From IMG/VR virus record IMGVR_UViG_3300033122_000343: a stretch of 64,000 nucleotides of DNA. One strand, 5' to 3'. This stretch comes from a virus (Duplodnaviria > Caudoviricetes). The notes beneath the pieces were generated by a model. That model was not told the origin of the DNA, did no database searches, and worked only from the letters and a program-made list of their open reading frames with translations. A program made the position numbers and the translations under genes. Below are positions 45,989 to 55,376 of the stretch, piece after piece. How positions within the stretch are numbered: the first letter of the stretch is position 1; each line of letters begins with the position of its first letter.

Positions 45989-48900
45989 CTAAAAACTACC
46001 CCCGTCTATACTTATATTATTAAGTGAACGAGTAGTTCCAGAGCATGATATTAATTGTGTATTACCTGCACAGTCATTTACATATAAAGATCCAACTTCT
46101 AATGCACCAGCACTAGAATTTGTCATAACACCTGAACTCTCAGTGGCAACATTGGAAAAGACAAATCTAGAGGCACTGTCATCCCAATACATTGCTGCTT
46201 TTTTAGCAGAATCAGTATAGTAATTAAATATAACACCAAGATCTTTGTTTAGGTCAGAAGTTGGAGCAGAACCATCAACCATACCCAATTCAAGAAGAAC
46301 ATCTTCAATAGTTGTGTTTGTTGTATTGACCTGTGTAGTAGTACCATTAACAACTAAATTACCACCAATTGTAAGGTTTTGAGAACATGCTACAGCACCT
46401 GTGGAGTCAGATATAGTGAGAGCAGTAGTGCCATCTTTCGCTTTAACATTGGTTACTTCAATTGTTGGTACATCAATAGATGTTGTGACATTGACTGTTG
46501 ATGGAAGACCTATAGTAATACTTTGACCAGATGCGGAAGTTTCAATTTCGTTTGATGTACCAGAAACAGTTAGAGTTTGTGATGTTGAAACTGAACCACT
46601 ACCAGAATCACCAGCAATAGATGTAGTTACATCTACTGCCCCTACTTCAGCATCTACATATGCTTTAACTGATTGTTGTGTTGGAACTTTTGTAGCACTG
46701 TTAGATGACATGTTATCTTCATCTACAACAAAACTCATTGAAGCAGTGGTTGTGTCGCTATTCATTACTGCACCAGCAGCATCTACATTAGTAGCATCAG
46801 TTACATCAGCATTAGCCTCGATACCATCAAGTTTTGCGTGATCTGCTGTTGTGAAGTTTTCATCAGTTTGTGAAGCAACAGAAAAATCTAAAGTACCATC
46901 GCTGTCTTGATAAGTAACTGTTATACCTGATTCAGTATTTCCAGTAACCATTCCTCCCACAATATCCTGTACTTGCTCATCAGTTAGAGTTGCAGTTATA
47001 TACCCTGCTCCGTTTGTTATCGCATTATTATTAAGAGAAATGTTTGCTGTTCCATCAAATGAAACACCAGCTATAGTTCGTGGAGTTTCAAGGGCTGTTG
47101 CTGTTGCAGCGTTACCAGACGCATTTCCAGTTACATTACCTGTAAGGTCTCCAACAAATCCACCAGTGGCAGTTGCCACCCCTGATACTGTTAGATCAGC
47201 AGCAGTCTTCAGTGAATTGACGTTTACAATGTCTCCTAGTGATTTCCAAGCAACAACTTCAACTTCATCTCCTGCAGTTGCACCTGATCCAAGTGTAACT
47301 GTGCTACTGTTTGTTTCTGTGTAGTCAACTCCTGTGATAAGACGAACACCGTTTAGGTATACATCTACAAATCCTGCTGTATAGTTTGCAGAAACTGTAA
47401 TAGCAGTCTGTCCTTGAGTAAGAACTGTTGTTTCGGATGTTGTGAATGTAGTAGCAGCAACACCAGTTAAAACAACATCAGCAATGCCATCTTCAACAAT
47501 AAAGTCTTCTAAACCAGTTCCTCTGAATTTAAATGCAGTTACAAGACCTGCAGCAGCAGATACTGAGTGAATACCAACTCCAGGAATCAATCCACCACCA
47601 GTTGAGTTTCTTAGAGGTGCAGCACTTGTAAGTTGTCCATCAACATCAAGTGTTCCACCTACGTTTAGGTTCTTGGCAATACCAACACCACCATCAACTA
47701 TTAAAGAACCAGATGTGTTACTGGTTGATTGTGTAGTATCATTTAAGTTTACTGCACCAGAAGCATCTAAAGTTGTAAAAGCAGCAGTAGATGCTGAATT
47801 TGCACCTATTGCTGTACCATCTATAGCTCCTCCATTTATATCAACTGTTGTTAACGTAGATGTTCCAGAAACACCAAGAGTTCCAGATATTGTTTCATTA
47901 CCTGTAACTGCTAATGTTGTACCGTTGAATGTAAGGTTGCCACTATCCTCGATAGCACCACCAGTACCTGCAAGAACAACTCTTCCCGATGTGAGGTCAG
48001 ATACTGTAGCGGATGCTAAAGTAGATTCTCCAGTAACACCAAGTGTTCCTCCAACTGTTGCGTTACCAATTATTCCTGCATTTTCATCAACGTCCAGTGT
48101 ATCAATATGTGCAGTTCCATCAATGAACAAATCTTGCCATTCGAGTGTAGATGTACCTAAATCTCTTGTACTATCAACAGAAGGAACTATATCACTATCA
48201 AAACGACCTGTTGCAGTGATTGTATCACTTGTTGCATTACCTAAGTCTACATTACCATTAGCAGTAAGTGTTCCAGATGCAGTAACAGAACCTGAAACTA
48301 CAACATCATCATCAAGAGTTGTGGTTCCTCCTGCGGAATCAATAGTTAGATTTCCAGAAGCAGTATCTATTTCATTATCACCAGTTACCCCAATTTGGAT
48401 ATTATCAATAGTTGCTCCACCGTTAGCATCGATTGCTCCAGTAAATGTGGAAATACCAGATACCTTGAGTTGAGTTGAATCAACAAATGCTAGAGTACTT
48501 ATACCTGTAACATTGATTGCAGCAAATGTAGCACCTTGTCCACCACCAAGAACATAGTTCTTGACTCTAGACATTGTAGACTTACGGTTTGTACCACCAG
48601 CACCGTCATCAACTACGATCAAGTCAGCATCTACTAGATCAGCACCAATATCTGTACCACCGTCTATATCAAGAGAAGTAAGAGGTACTGTTCCTGCAGA
48701 TAATCCTGATCCAGATCCACTGAATGAATTACCAGTAATTGTGCCAGTGACATCAAGGTCTGCCCCTAATGTTGCATCACCAGTAACACCAAGTGTTCCT
48801 CCAACTGTTGCGTTACCAATTATTCCTGCATTTTCATCAACATCTAAAGTGTCAACGTGAGCAGTACCATCAAGATATAAGTCTTTCCATTCTAATGTAG

Positions 48901-51838
48901 ATGAACCTAAATCTCTTGCACCATCGGTAGAAGGAACTAGATCACTATCAAAACGACCTGTTGCAGTTATAGTGTCAGATGTAGCATTTCCTAAATCTAC
49001 ATTACCTTCAATCGATGCATTACCAGAAACTGTAAGACCTGTAAGAGTTCCAACATTAGTAAGAGAAGAGTTTACAACAGCAGATCCAAGAGTGGTTGCA
49101 CTCAATGTCTCTACGTTGTTTACCTTGTATACTTTACCAGATGCAATGTTTAGGTTCTCAGAAGATCCTAAGTTGTCACCTGTTGCTTCAAATTGGAATG
49201 TTTTGTTACCTTCACCAGATTCGATTGTAATACCACCACCATCAGCAGCAGCATCGTTAGCAGCACCGTTTGCAACTAAAATGTTTTTGTCAGTAATAGT
49301 AACGGTTGTAGAATTAACTGTAGTGGTTGTACCGTCTACTTGGAAGTCACCAGCGATTACAACTTTACCTGTATTATCACCTACCGCAGCAGGGTCAATA
49401 GTGATTGTTGCAGGACCTGAGATTGTGTTTGAAGTAACTCTAATTGCAGACCCTTCAGCACCTGTATGGAATTCAGTACCAGTAACAGTGCTTGAAGCAT
49501 TTACAGTTCCAGTTACACCTAATTGTGATCCGTTGAATGTAAGATTTCCTGAGTCTTCTAGTTCTCCAGATGTACCTGCTAATACAACTCTTCCGTCAGT
49601 TAGATCAGATATTGCTGCTGAGTTAGCAACCAAACCACCTGCAATATTAGCACCACCATCAGCATCAATTGCTCCGTTTACATCGACTGTACCTGTAAAT
49701 GTAGAAACACCAGATACTTTAAGTTGTGTAGCATCTACAAATGCAACAGTACTAATTCCTGTAACATTGACTGCAGCAAATGTAGCACCTTGTCCACCAC
49801 CAAGAACATAGTTCTTGACTCTAGACATTGCAGTTTTTCTATTAGTGCCACCTGCTCCATCGTCTACAATAAGTAGATCAGCATCTACTAAATCAGCACC
49901 AATATCTGTGCCACCATCAATATCTAAAGCAGCAAGACCAACTTTATTTGCTGTAGTAATTGTGTTTAGTTTGCCATCTTCAATTGACCCTGCTAGTTGA
50001 GCATTGGTTATAGTGCCAGTTAAACTTGAGGTAGGATAGTTAGTAGCATCAGTTAGGTCGAACGCTGGAGTTGAGTCTGATCCACCTAACGCTAAACTTA
50101 CACCACCATAAGATACTGTACTGTTTGCTAACTTACTATTTGCAATTGATCCAGCAAGTTTATCGTTAGAAATTGAACCTGCTAGTTGAGCATTGGTTAT
50201 AGTACCAGTTAAACTTGTAGTAGGATAGTTTGTTGCATCTGAAAGATCGAATGCTGGAGTTGTATCTGATCCACCTAATGCTATAGATACACCACCTAAA
50301 GATACTGTGCTATTTGCTAACTTATTGTTAGCAATTGAACCTGCCAACTGGGTATTGGTTATAGTGCCTGTTAGACTTGAAGTAGGGTAGTTTGTTGCAT
50401 CTGAAAGATCGAATGCTGGAGTTGCGTCAGAAGCACCTAACGCTAGACTTATACCACCAAAAGATACTGTGCTATTTGATAATTTATCATTAGCAATTGA
50501 ACCTGCTAGTTGAGCATTGGTTATAGTACCAGTAAGACTTGAAGTAGGATAATTTGTTGCATCCTGAAGATCGAATGCTGGAGTTGCATCAGAAGCACCT
50601 AATGCTATTGATACACCACCTAAAGATACTGTGCTATTTGATAATTTACTATTTGCAATTGAACCTGCCAACTGAGTATTGGTTATCGTACCACTCAGAC
50701 TTGAGGTAGGATAGTTAGTAGCGTCACTTAGATCAAATGCTGGAGTTGCGTCAGAACCACCTAAATTTAGACTTATACCACCAAAAGATACAGAACTGTT
50801 TGCTAACTTACCGTTTGCTATGGAACCTGCTAACTGATCATTGGTTATCGTACCACTCAAACTTGAAGTAGGGTAGTTTGTTGCATCTGAAAGATCGAAT
50901 GCTGGAGTTGCGTCAGAAGCACCTAACGCTAGACTTATACCACCAAAAGATACTGTGCTATTTGATAATTTATCATTAGCAATTGAACCTGCAAGTTGAT
51001 CATTAGTTATCGTGCCACTCAAACTTGAAGTAGGATAGTTTGTTGCATCAGTTAAATCGAACGCTGGAGTTGAGTCTGATCCACCTAACGCTAAACTTAC
51101 ACCACCATAAGATACTGTACTGTTTGCTAAGTTTGAGTTTGCTAATGGAGTTGCAAATGTAGCAGTCCCTGCTACATCTAAATTCCCGTTAGCATCAATA
51201 GCACCTGTGAATGTAGAGATACCAGATACTTTGAGTTGTGTAGCATCTGTAAATGCTACTGTACCAATACCTGTTACATTGATTGCAGAAAATGTAGCAC
51301 CTTCTCCACCACCGAGAATGTAATCTTTAATTCTTGAAGCATCTACCTTTCTATTTGTACCACTTCCACCGTCGTCAACTATAAACTCATCAGCGTCAAC
51401 TATAGCAGCACCGATATCAGTTCCACCATCTATGTCTAGAGAAGTAAGAGGTACTGTTCCTGCTGATAAACCTGAACCAGATCCTGTGACTGTTGTAGTA
51501 TATGATAGATTACCTGACCCATCACTTACTAAAATACCGTTTGCTACATCGGTGCCAGGTAATGTATACGTGACATCTCCACCTAGTGAATTAGGTGCTT
51601 TCAGCATTATTGCTGAAGTTCCGTTGTTAGATCCTTCTACAAGTTTTACGCCACTACCAACTGTAGCAGTATTAACTTGCCAAAATCTACCAGAACCTAC
51701 AAATTGATTATTATTAGTTGTAGAGTCAATACCAACATATAAATCATATTTGTCTACGGTAAATCCTGGTTCTCCTGCTCTTAATCCTGGTAGATCTGCA
51801 AGATTACCTCTCTTGAACTGAATTACTGGTGATGCCAT
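45989..51838 (-). CDS. Long tail/neck fibre-like protein with internal repeats
   Basis: 1949 aa, G/T/S/A-rich; N-terminal IQFKRG..LP.L..GEPGF; tandem and dispersed repeats; C-terminal IDGGSF; late promoter-like ATAAATA at 51872-51878. Confidence 0.85.
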   Translation of the reverse strand: MASPVIQFKRGNLADLPGLRAGEPGFTVDKYDLYVGIDSTTNNNQFVGSGRFWQVNTATVGSGVKLVEGSNNGTSAIMLKAPNSLGGDVTYTLPGTDVANGILVSDGSGNLSYTTTVTGSGSGLSAGTVPLTSLDIDGGTDIGAAIVDADEFIVDDGGSGTNRKVDASRIKDYILGGGEGATFSAINVTGIGTVAFTDATQLKVSGISTFTGAIDANGNLDVAGTATFATPLANSNLANSTVSYGGVSLALGGSDSTPAFDLTDATNYPTSSLSGTITNDQLAGSIANDKLSNSTVSFGGISLALGASDATPAFDLSDATNYPTSSLSGTITNDQLAGSIANGKLANSSVSFGGISLNLGGSDATPAFDLSDATNYPTSSLSGTITNTQLAGSIANSKLSNSTVSLGGVSIALGASDATPAFDLQDATNYPTSSLTGTITNAQLAGSIANDKLSNSTVSFGGISLALGASDATPAFDLSDATNYPTSSLTGTITNTQLAGSIANNKLANSTVSLGGVSIALGGSDTTPAFDLSDATNYPTTSLTGTITNAQLAGSISNDKLAGSIANSKLANSTVSYGGVSLALGGSDSTPAFDLTDATNYPTSSLTGTITNAQLAGSIEDGKLNTITTANKVGLAALDIDGGTDIGADLVDADLLIVDDGAGGTNRKTAMSRVKNYVLGGGQGATFAAVNVTGISTVAFVDATQLKVSGVSTFTGTVDVNGAIDADGGANIAGGLVANSAAISDLTDGRVVLAGTSGELEDSGNLTFNGSQLGVTGTVNASSTVTGTEFHTGAEGSAIRVTSNTISGPATITIDPAAVGDNTGKVVIAGDFQVDGTTTTVNSTTVTITDKNILVANGAANDAAADGGGITIESGEGNKTFQFEATGDNLGSSENLNIASGKVYKVNNVETLSATTLGSAVVNSSLTNVGTLTGLTVSGNASIEGNVDLGNATSDTITATGRFDSDLVPSTDGARDLGSSTLEWKDLYLDGTAHVDTLDVDENAGIIGNATVGGTLGVTGDATLGADLDVTGTITGNSFSGSGSGLSAGTVPLTSLDIDGGTDIGADLVDADLIVVDDGAGGTNRKSTMSRVKNYVLGGGQGATFAAINVTGISTLAFVDSTQLKVSGISTFTGAIDANGGATIDNIQIGVTGDNEIDTASGNLTIDSAGGTTTLDDDVVVSGSVTASGTLTANGNVDLGNATSDTITATGRFDSDIVPSVDSTRDLGTSTLEWQDLFIDGTAHIDTLDVDENAGIIGNATVGGTLGVTGESTLASATVSDLTSGRVVLAGTGGAIEDSGNLTFNGTTLAVTGNETISGTLGVSGTSTLTTVDINGGAIDGTAIGANSASTAAFTTLDASGAVNLNDTTQSTSNTSGSLIVDGGVGIAKNLNVGGTLDVDGQLTSAAPLRNSTGGGLIPGVGIHSVSAAAGLVTAFKFRGTGLEDFIVEDGIADVVLTGVAATTFTTSETTVLTQGQTAITVSANYTAGFVDVYLNGVRLITGVDYTETNSSTVTLGSGATAGDEVEVVAWKSLGDIVNVNSLKTAADLTVSGVATATGGFVGDLTGNVTGNASGNAATATALETPRTIAGVSFDGTANISLNNNAITNGAGYITATLTDEQVQDIVGGMVTGNTESGITVTYQDSDGTLDFSVASQTDENFTTADHAKLDGIEANADVTDATNVDAAGAVMNSDTTTASMSFVVDEDNMSSNSATKVPTQQSVKAYVDAEVGAVDVTTSIAGDSGSGSVSTSQTLTVSGTSNEIETSASGQSITIGLPSTVNVTTSIDVPTIEVTNVKAKDGTTALTISDSTGAVACSQNLTIGGNLVVNGTTTQVNTTNTTIEDVLLELGMVDGSAPTSDLNKDLGVIFNYYTDSAKKAAMYWDDSASRFVFSNVATESSGVMTNSSAGALEVGSLYVNDCAGNTQLISCSGTTRSLNNISIDGGSF
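49970..51130 (-). repeat. Seven tandem ~162-bp (54-aa) repeats in fibre
   Basis: Unit L[AS]NSTVS.GG.S.ALG.SD.TPAFDL.DATNYPTSSL.GTITN.QLAGSIAN.K; spacing 162 bp with one 189-bp step. Confidence 0.95.
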
Positions 51839-51908
51839 TTTACTAACTTCACTAAGAATTTTTTCTCTTTTTATTTATTTTTTTTCAAACGTTAAAGTGT
51901 AGATATAC

Positions 51909-52310
51909 TTACAAAAAAGTTCCAGCGTCTAAATCTATCTTGTCGTCTAATGCCTGATCTAAGTAATTAATAGTTGATGTTGATAATCCAACATTTGGAG
52001 TATCAGCAACAGCAGAATCAACTATCTCATCGGGAGATAAAAATACAAATTTTCCTGTAGAGTAATCAAAACTAAGCACTGACTTATTTGTATTTTCTCC
52101 TAAATTGGAACTTACAACATCTCCTAAGTCTCTTAAATTTGTCACGTCTCCTCCTCCTCCTCCTCCTAATAATGGTGTTACATTTATTGGAAACGATCCT
52201 CTCACTCCACCCACGCCAATTGATAAATTAGCATCAGCAGTTTGAGATACAATCCTTACTCCAATTTTTGAATTAGATGTAAATCTAACTCCAAAATTTG
52301 AATTAGACAT
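51909..52310 (-). CDS. hypothetical structural/fibre adaptor protein
   Basis: L.DL.DV fibre-type motif, poly-G, ends IDLDAGTFL. Confidence 0.7.
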   Translation of the reverse strand: MSNSNFGVRFTSNSKIGVRIVSQTADANLSIGVGGVRGSFPINVTPLLGGGGGGDVTNLRDLGDVVSSNLGENTNKSVLSFDYSTGKFVFLSPDEIVDSAVADTPNVGLSTSTINYLDQALDDKIDLDAGTFL

Positions 52311-52311
52311 A

Positions 52312-52650
52312 TTAACTTACCGTTCCGTTTACTTTTACCTGCCCTGTAATAACTTTAGTTTTTGTGCCGTTATTAAGGTTTTCAATAACAATGTCATAGT
52401 CATATCTACCAGCCGTTAAAATTCCTGTTTGTGTATCTGTTAAAGATATTGTTAAATTTCCATCGCCTGGTGTTGCACCATAAGTGGCAGCAAAACTAAC
52501 TGATCCTGCTGATGTAAAATGTTTTCGCATTTTTGCAGAAAAAGTATATGGAGTTAGATCAAGAACCGAACCATCCGATTTCGTCATAGCATAAATTCTC
52601 TCAAAGTCAGTGCCCTGTTCTATCACAATATTTAAAGCAGGTACTGCCAT
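52312..52650 (-). CDS. conserved virion structural protein (Ig/BppU-like)
   Basis: NIVIEQGTDF, DLT.Y...AKMRKH, AGRYDYDIVI; late promoter 52672-52678. Confidence 0.75.
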   Translation of the reverse strand: MAVPALNIVIEQGTDFERIYAMTKSDGSVLDLTPYTFSAKMRKHFTSAGSVSFAATYGATPGDGNLTISLTDTQTGILTAGRYDYDIVIENLNNGTKTKVITGQVKVNGTVS

Positions 52651-52670
52651 CTTCTTGAATTACACTAATA

Positions 52671-52874
52671 TTATTTAGAGTTATATAATATAATTTTCTT
52701 TAATTCTTCAATCTCTCTTTTCAATTCTTCAATAGTATTATTTTGTTTTACTCTACTTTCTTTTTGAAACATATACTTTTGATATGCCTGTTGATCTACA
52801 TTTATTACGGCATTAGTATTAGTGTCTTTTTCAAGATTTGAAAAATTTTCTATTTTTACTCTTTTGTTTTTCAT
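52671..52874 (-). CDS. small conserved hypothetical protein
   Basis: L.KD..TNAVIN, C-terminal coiled coil; typical follower of VrlC-like gene. Confidence 0.7.
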   Translation of the reverse strand: MKNKRVKIENFSNLEKDTNTNAVINVDQQAYQKYMFQKESRVKQNNTIEELKREIEELKKIILYNSK

Positions 52875-52886
52875 TTTTGGTTTTCA

Positions 52887-55325
52887 TCATGCAAGAGCTA
52901 TTGTTCTAAAATCTTTTATTAAAGGCACCGTTGCTTGATTTGTAGAAGTTAATTCAACCTTTATTTGAAAAGCACTAAACTGAGGTAGATTATCAGCAGT
53001 GAATGTATGATCTATAAAATTAGTACCTATACTTGATGGTTTTTCAGTATCTGATGAACCATCATTATTTTTAGGATCAATAATATTATCATTTACATCA
53101 AGGTTATTAAAACCAGGCATTAAGGAAAATATTTTATTTGTTTGTGAACCATCAACTCTTTTCAATCTATATAAAACTCTCACATCAGCAGAAGGAGGTT
53201 TAAATATACCCATTATTACTTTAAGTGAAGTTGCTGGACTTTCAAGATTTATTATTTTTGTTAAGTAATTAAAATTATGAGGGTCTTCTTCTAATAAATT
53301 AGGTCTACTATCTGTTCTATAATCTGAAATAGGGGCATTTATTCTTCTTGTAGTTGCAGTTAAATTACTATTAAATACATCAACAACTGGAGATACATTA
53401 CCATTATCAGTTTCAAGAGTAAATTCTAATGTAAATGATTTAGCACCAGGTAATTCTGCCAACTTTGAATCTTCATTTACTTTAGATGCAATCATCCTTG
53501 GTGTTTCAAATAGTGTATCATTGTTCAAAGATATAAGTTCAAAACCTTTATCAACAAAAGATGGTTCATTACCATTAATACTGCTGGCAGACGTTGTTCT
53601 TACTTTTGTTTCTATAAATGTATCTTCAAAATTAGTTGTTTGTACATTAGGAGTTATTGATTCAAACATAATGTTTTGAGATGCTTTTACCTCACTACCA
53701 CCGACAATTTCATCTTCTGTAAAATACTTGTTTCCAGTAATTTTAAGAAAATATTGATCTAATGTAATTTTATCAGATATATTATTAGTAACATTAGCAA
53801 AATTATGAGTGGTGTTAATTTTTCTGAGAGAAACACCAGCAATTTCATATTTTGATATAGGAGTATCGGCATCATAAGTTCTTGGTATAGAAAAATCTAC
53901 ACCCCTTGTGTTTATACCAGTAAGAGTATTTTCACCAACACCTGTATATGATATTATTTCTTCACCAATCAAAGCAAGACCAGGATTAGTTGTTGTTACT
54001 TGTGATCCTTCAAAGAAATTAAAATTAATAGAACTACCAACACTAATATTTTCAAAAGAACTTGCTGCAAATCCGACAGTTATTTTTGTTGAAACTTTAT
54101 CACCAGTAGCACCATTTATTTCAACAGTATTATTACTCTGATGCATACCATGATTATTATGCAATACTCTAAAATGAAGTCCATCATTTTGATCTGTATT
54201 TACATTATATGATTTTGGAATTAAATGAGAAGTTGTAACTCCGTAACCTAATGATGAATCAAAATACTGTATGGGATTAGTTAAATCAAAATCTTCTCCA
54301 CTGATATTTGTCAAACTAAAACTATTCACAGAAGTCACTAGTCCTACAGTCAATAAAAGATCTCTTCCTAATGTATTGTCACCAAGAGTTGCTGTGAGTG
54401 TGTCTCCAACTGAGTAAGCAGTGCCAGTTCCCACAACTGCAATACTATCAATAGTTCCCCCTGAAACAGTTACAATTCCAGTTGCACCAAACCCATCCCC
54501 TGTTAGTGTTGTAAAATTGACTGATTCAAAAGTTCCATTTGAGTATCCTATTCCTGCATTTGTTATATTAAGACCTTGATGATCACCACTTAAAGCACCA
54601 TTTAATGATTCAATAAAACCACTTGCAGTAGTGTTATTCTGTAAAACTTTTCCACCAATAATATATTTGTCAGTATAATCTGTAATAGCAGAAGTTAATC
54701 CTATATTTGCTTTTCGAGAGAATACTTCAATTGGATTAGGAATTAATTGATTTCTATCTGCAAAAGTATTAAGTTGTGCGTTGTACATCCTAAATGATGC
54801 AGGGCCTGGTGAAAATTGTGCTTTCCTTGCAGTAAATTTTATATCATCAGTTTGAGTAGGAGTGTATGTTGAAGCATTTTGCGATTTAAATAATGTGCCT
54901 AGTGTAGGTTGTTTATCTATTATGATATTTGCAGTATCAGCAGACATTGCTGTAGATACCTCAACATCACCTACACGAGAAATCCATATATTATATTCAT
55001 CAGTATCTGTTATTAAAATATAAACATATTCACCTTGCTGTAAATAAACAGGACTATCAAATGTAAATGTGGATGGTAGTGTTCCATCTATTGAAATTTC
55101 TATATTATTTGGTTCTAATGTAGTGCTTCCAAGAACAATATCAGTAGGCACACCATTCTCCATTGTTCTTATCTGCAACTCTACAGGTAATTTTTTACTT
55201 TTAGTTAAAAAATAAAAATCAACAGAAGTAATAAAGCAGCCTGGAGTATCATACACAAAGAATGATTGACCTAATGCGTCTTTTCTTGAATTCGTTTTAC
55301 CAGTGCTGCTTGTTTCTCTTCTCAT
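52887..55325 (-). CDS. C-terminal half of VrlC/DUF4815-like large baseplate protein
   Basis: DALGQSF, FITSVDFYF, QIRTMENG.P, F.F.SPVYL, GTLFKSQNAST, NVSPVVD, F.AFQIK, KDFRTIALA. Confidence 0.82.
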   Translation of the reverse strand: MRRETSSTGKTNSRKDALGQSFFVYDTPGCFITSVDFYFLTKSKKLPVELQIRTMENGVPTDIVLGSTTLEPNNIEISIDGTLPSTFTFDSPVYLQQGEYVYILITDTDEYNIWISRVGDVEVSTAMSADTANIIIDKQPTLGTLFKSQNASTYTPTQTDDIKFTARKAQFSPGPASFRMYNAQLNTFADRNQLIPNPIEVFSRKANIGLTSAITDYTDKYIIGGKVLQNNTTASGFIESLNGALSGDHQGLNITNAGIGYSNGTFESVNFTTLTGDGFGATGIVTVSGGTIDSIAVVGTGTAYSVGDTLTATLGDNTLGRDLLLTVGLVTSVNSFSLTNISGEDFDLTNPIQYFDSSLGYGVTTSHLIPKSYNVNTDQNDGLHFRVLHNNHGMHQSNNTVEINGATGDKVSTKITVGFAASSFENISVGSSINFNFFEGSQVTTTNPGLALIGEEIISYTGVGENTLTGINTRGVDFSIPRTYDADTPISKYEIAGVSLRKINTTHNFANVTNNISDKITLDQYFLKITGNKYFTEDEIVGGSEVKASQNIMFESITPNVQTTNFEDTFIETKVRTTSASSINGNEPSFVDKGFELISLNNDTLFETPRMIASKVNEDSKLAELPGAKSFTLEFTLETDNGNVSPVVDVFNSNLTATTRRINAPISDYRTDSRPNLLEEDPHNFNYLTKIINLESPATSLKVIMGIFKPPSADVRVLYRLKRVDGSQTNKIFSLMPGFNNLDVNDNIIDPKNNDGSSDTEKPSSIGTNFIDHTFTADNLPQFSAFQIKVELTSTNQATVPLIKDFRTIALA

Positions 55326-55342
55326 TTTTTTTATAGTTATTT

Positions 55343-55376
55343 AGAGACTAATTGGGGGTTTAATCAATTAGTCTCT
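55343..55376 (-). promoter_or_regulatory. perfect 12-bp stem-loop spanning the stop codon at the VrlC split
   Basis: AGAGACTAATTG (55343-55354) / CAATTAGTCTCT (55365-55376), 10-nt loop; abuts CTAAATA at 55338-55344. Confidence 0.85.

Noticed and set aside
49970-51130. Repeat array as CRISPR or DGR template
   Set aside because: In-frame coding repeats with no unique spacers, no adenine-specific variation, and no cas or reverse transcriptase in the window
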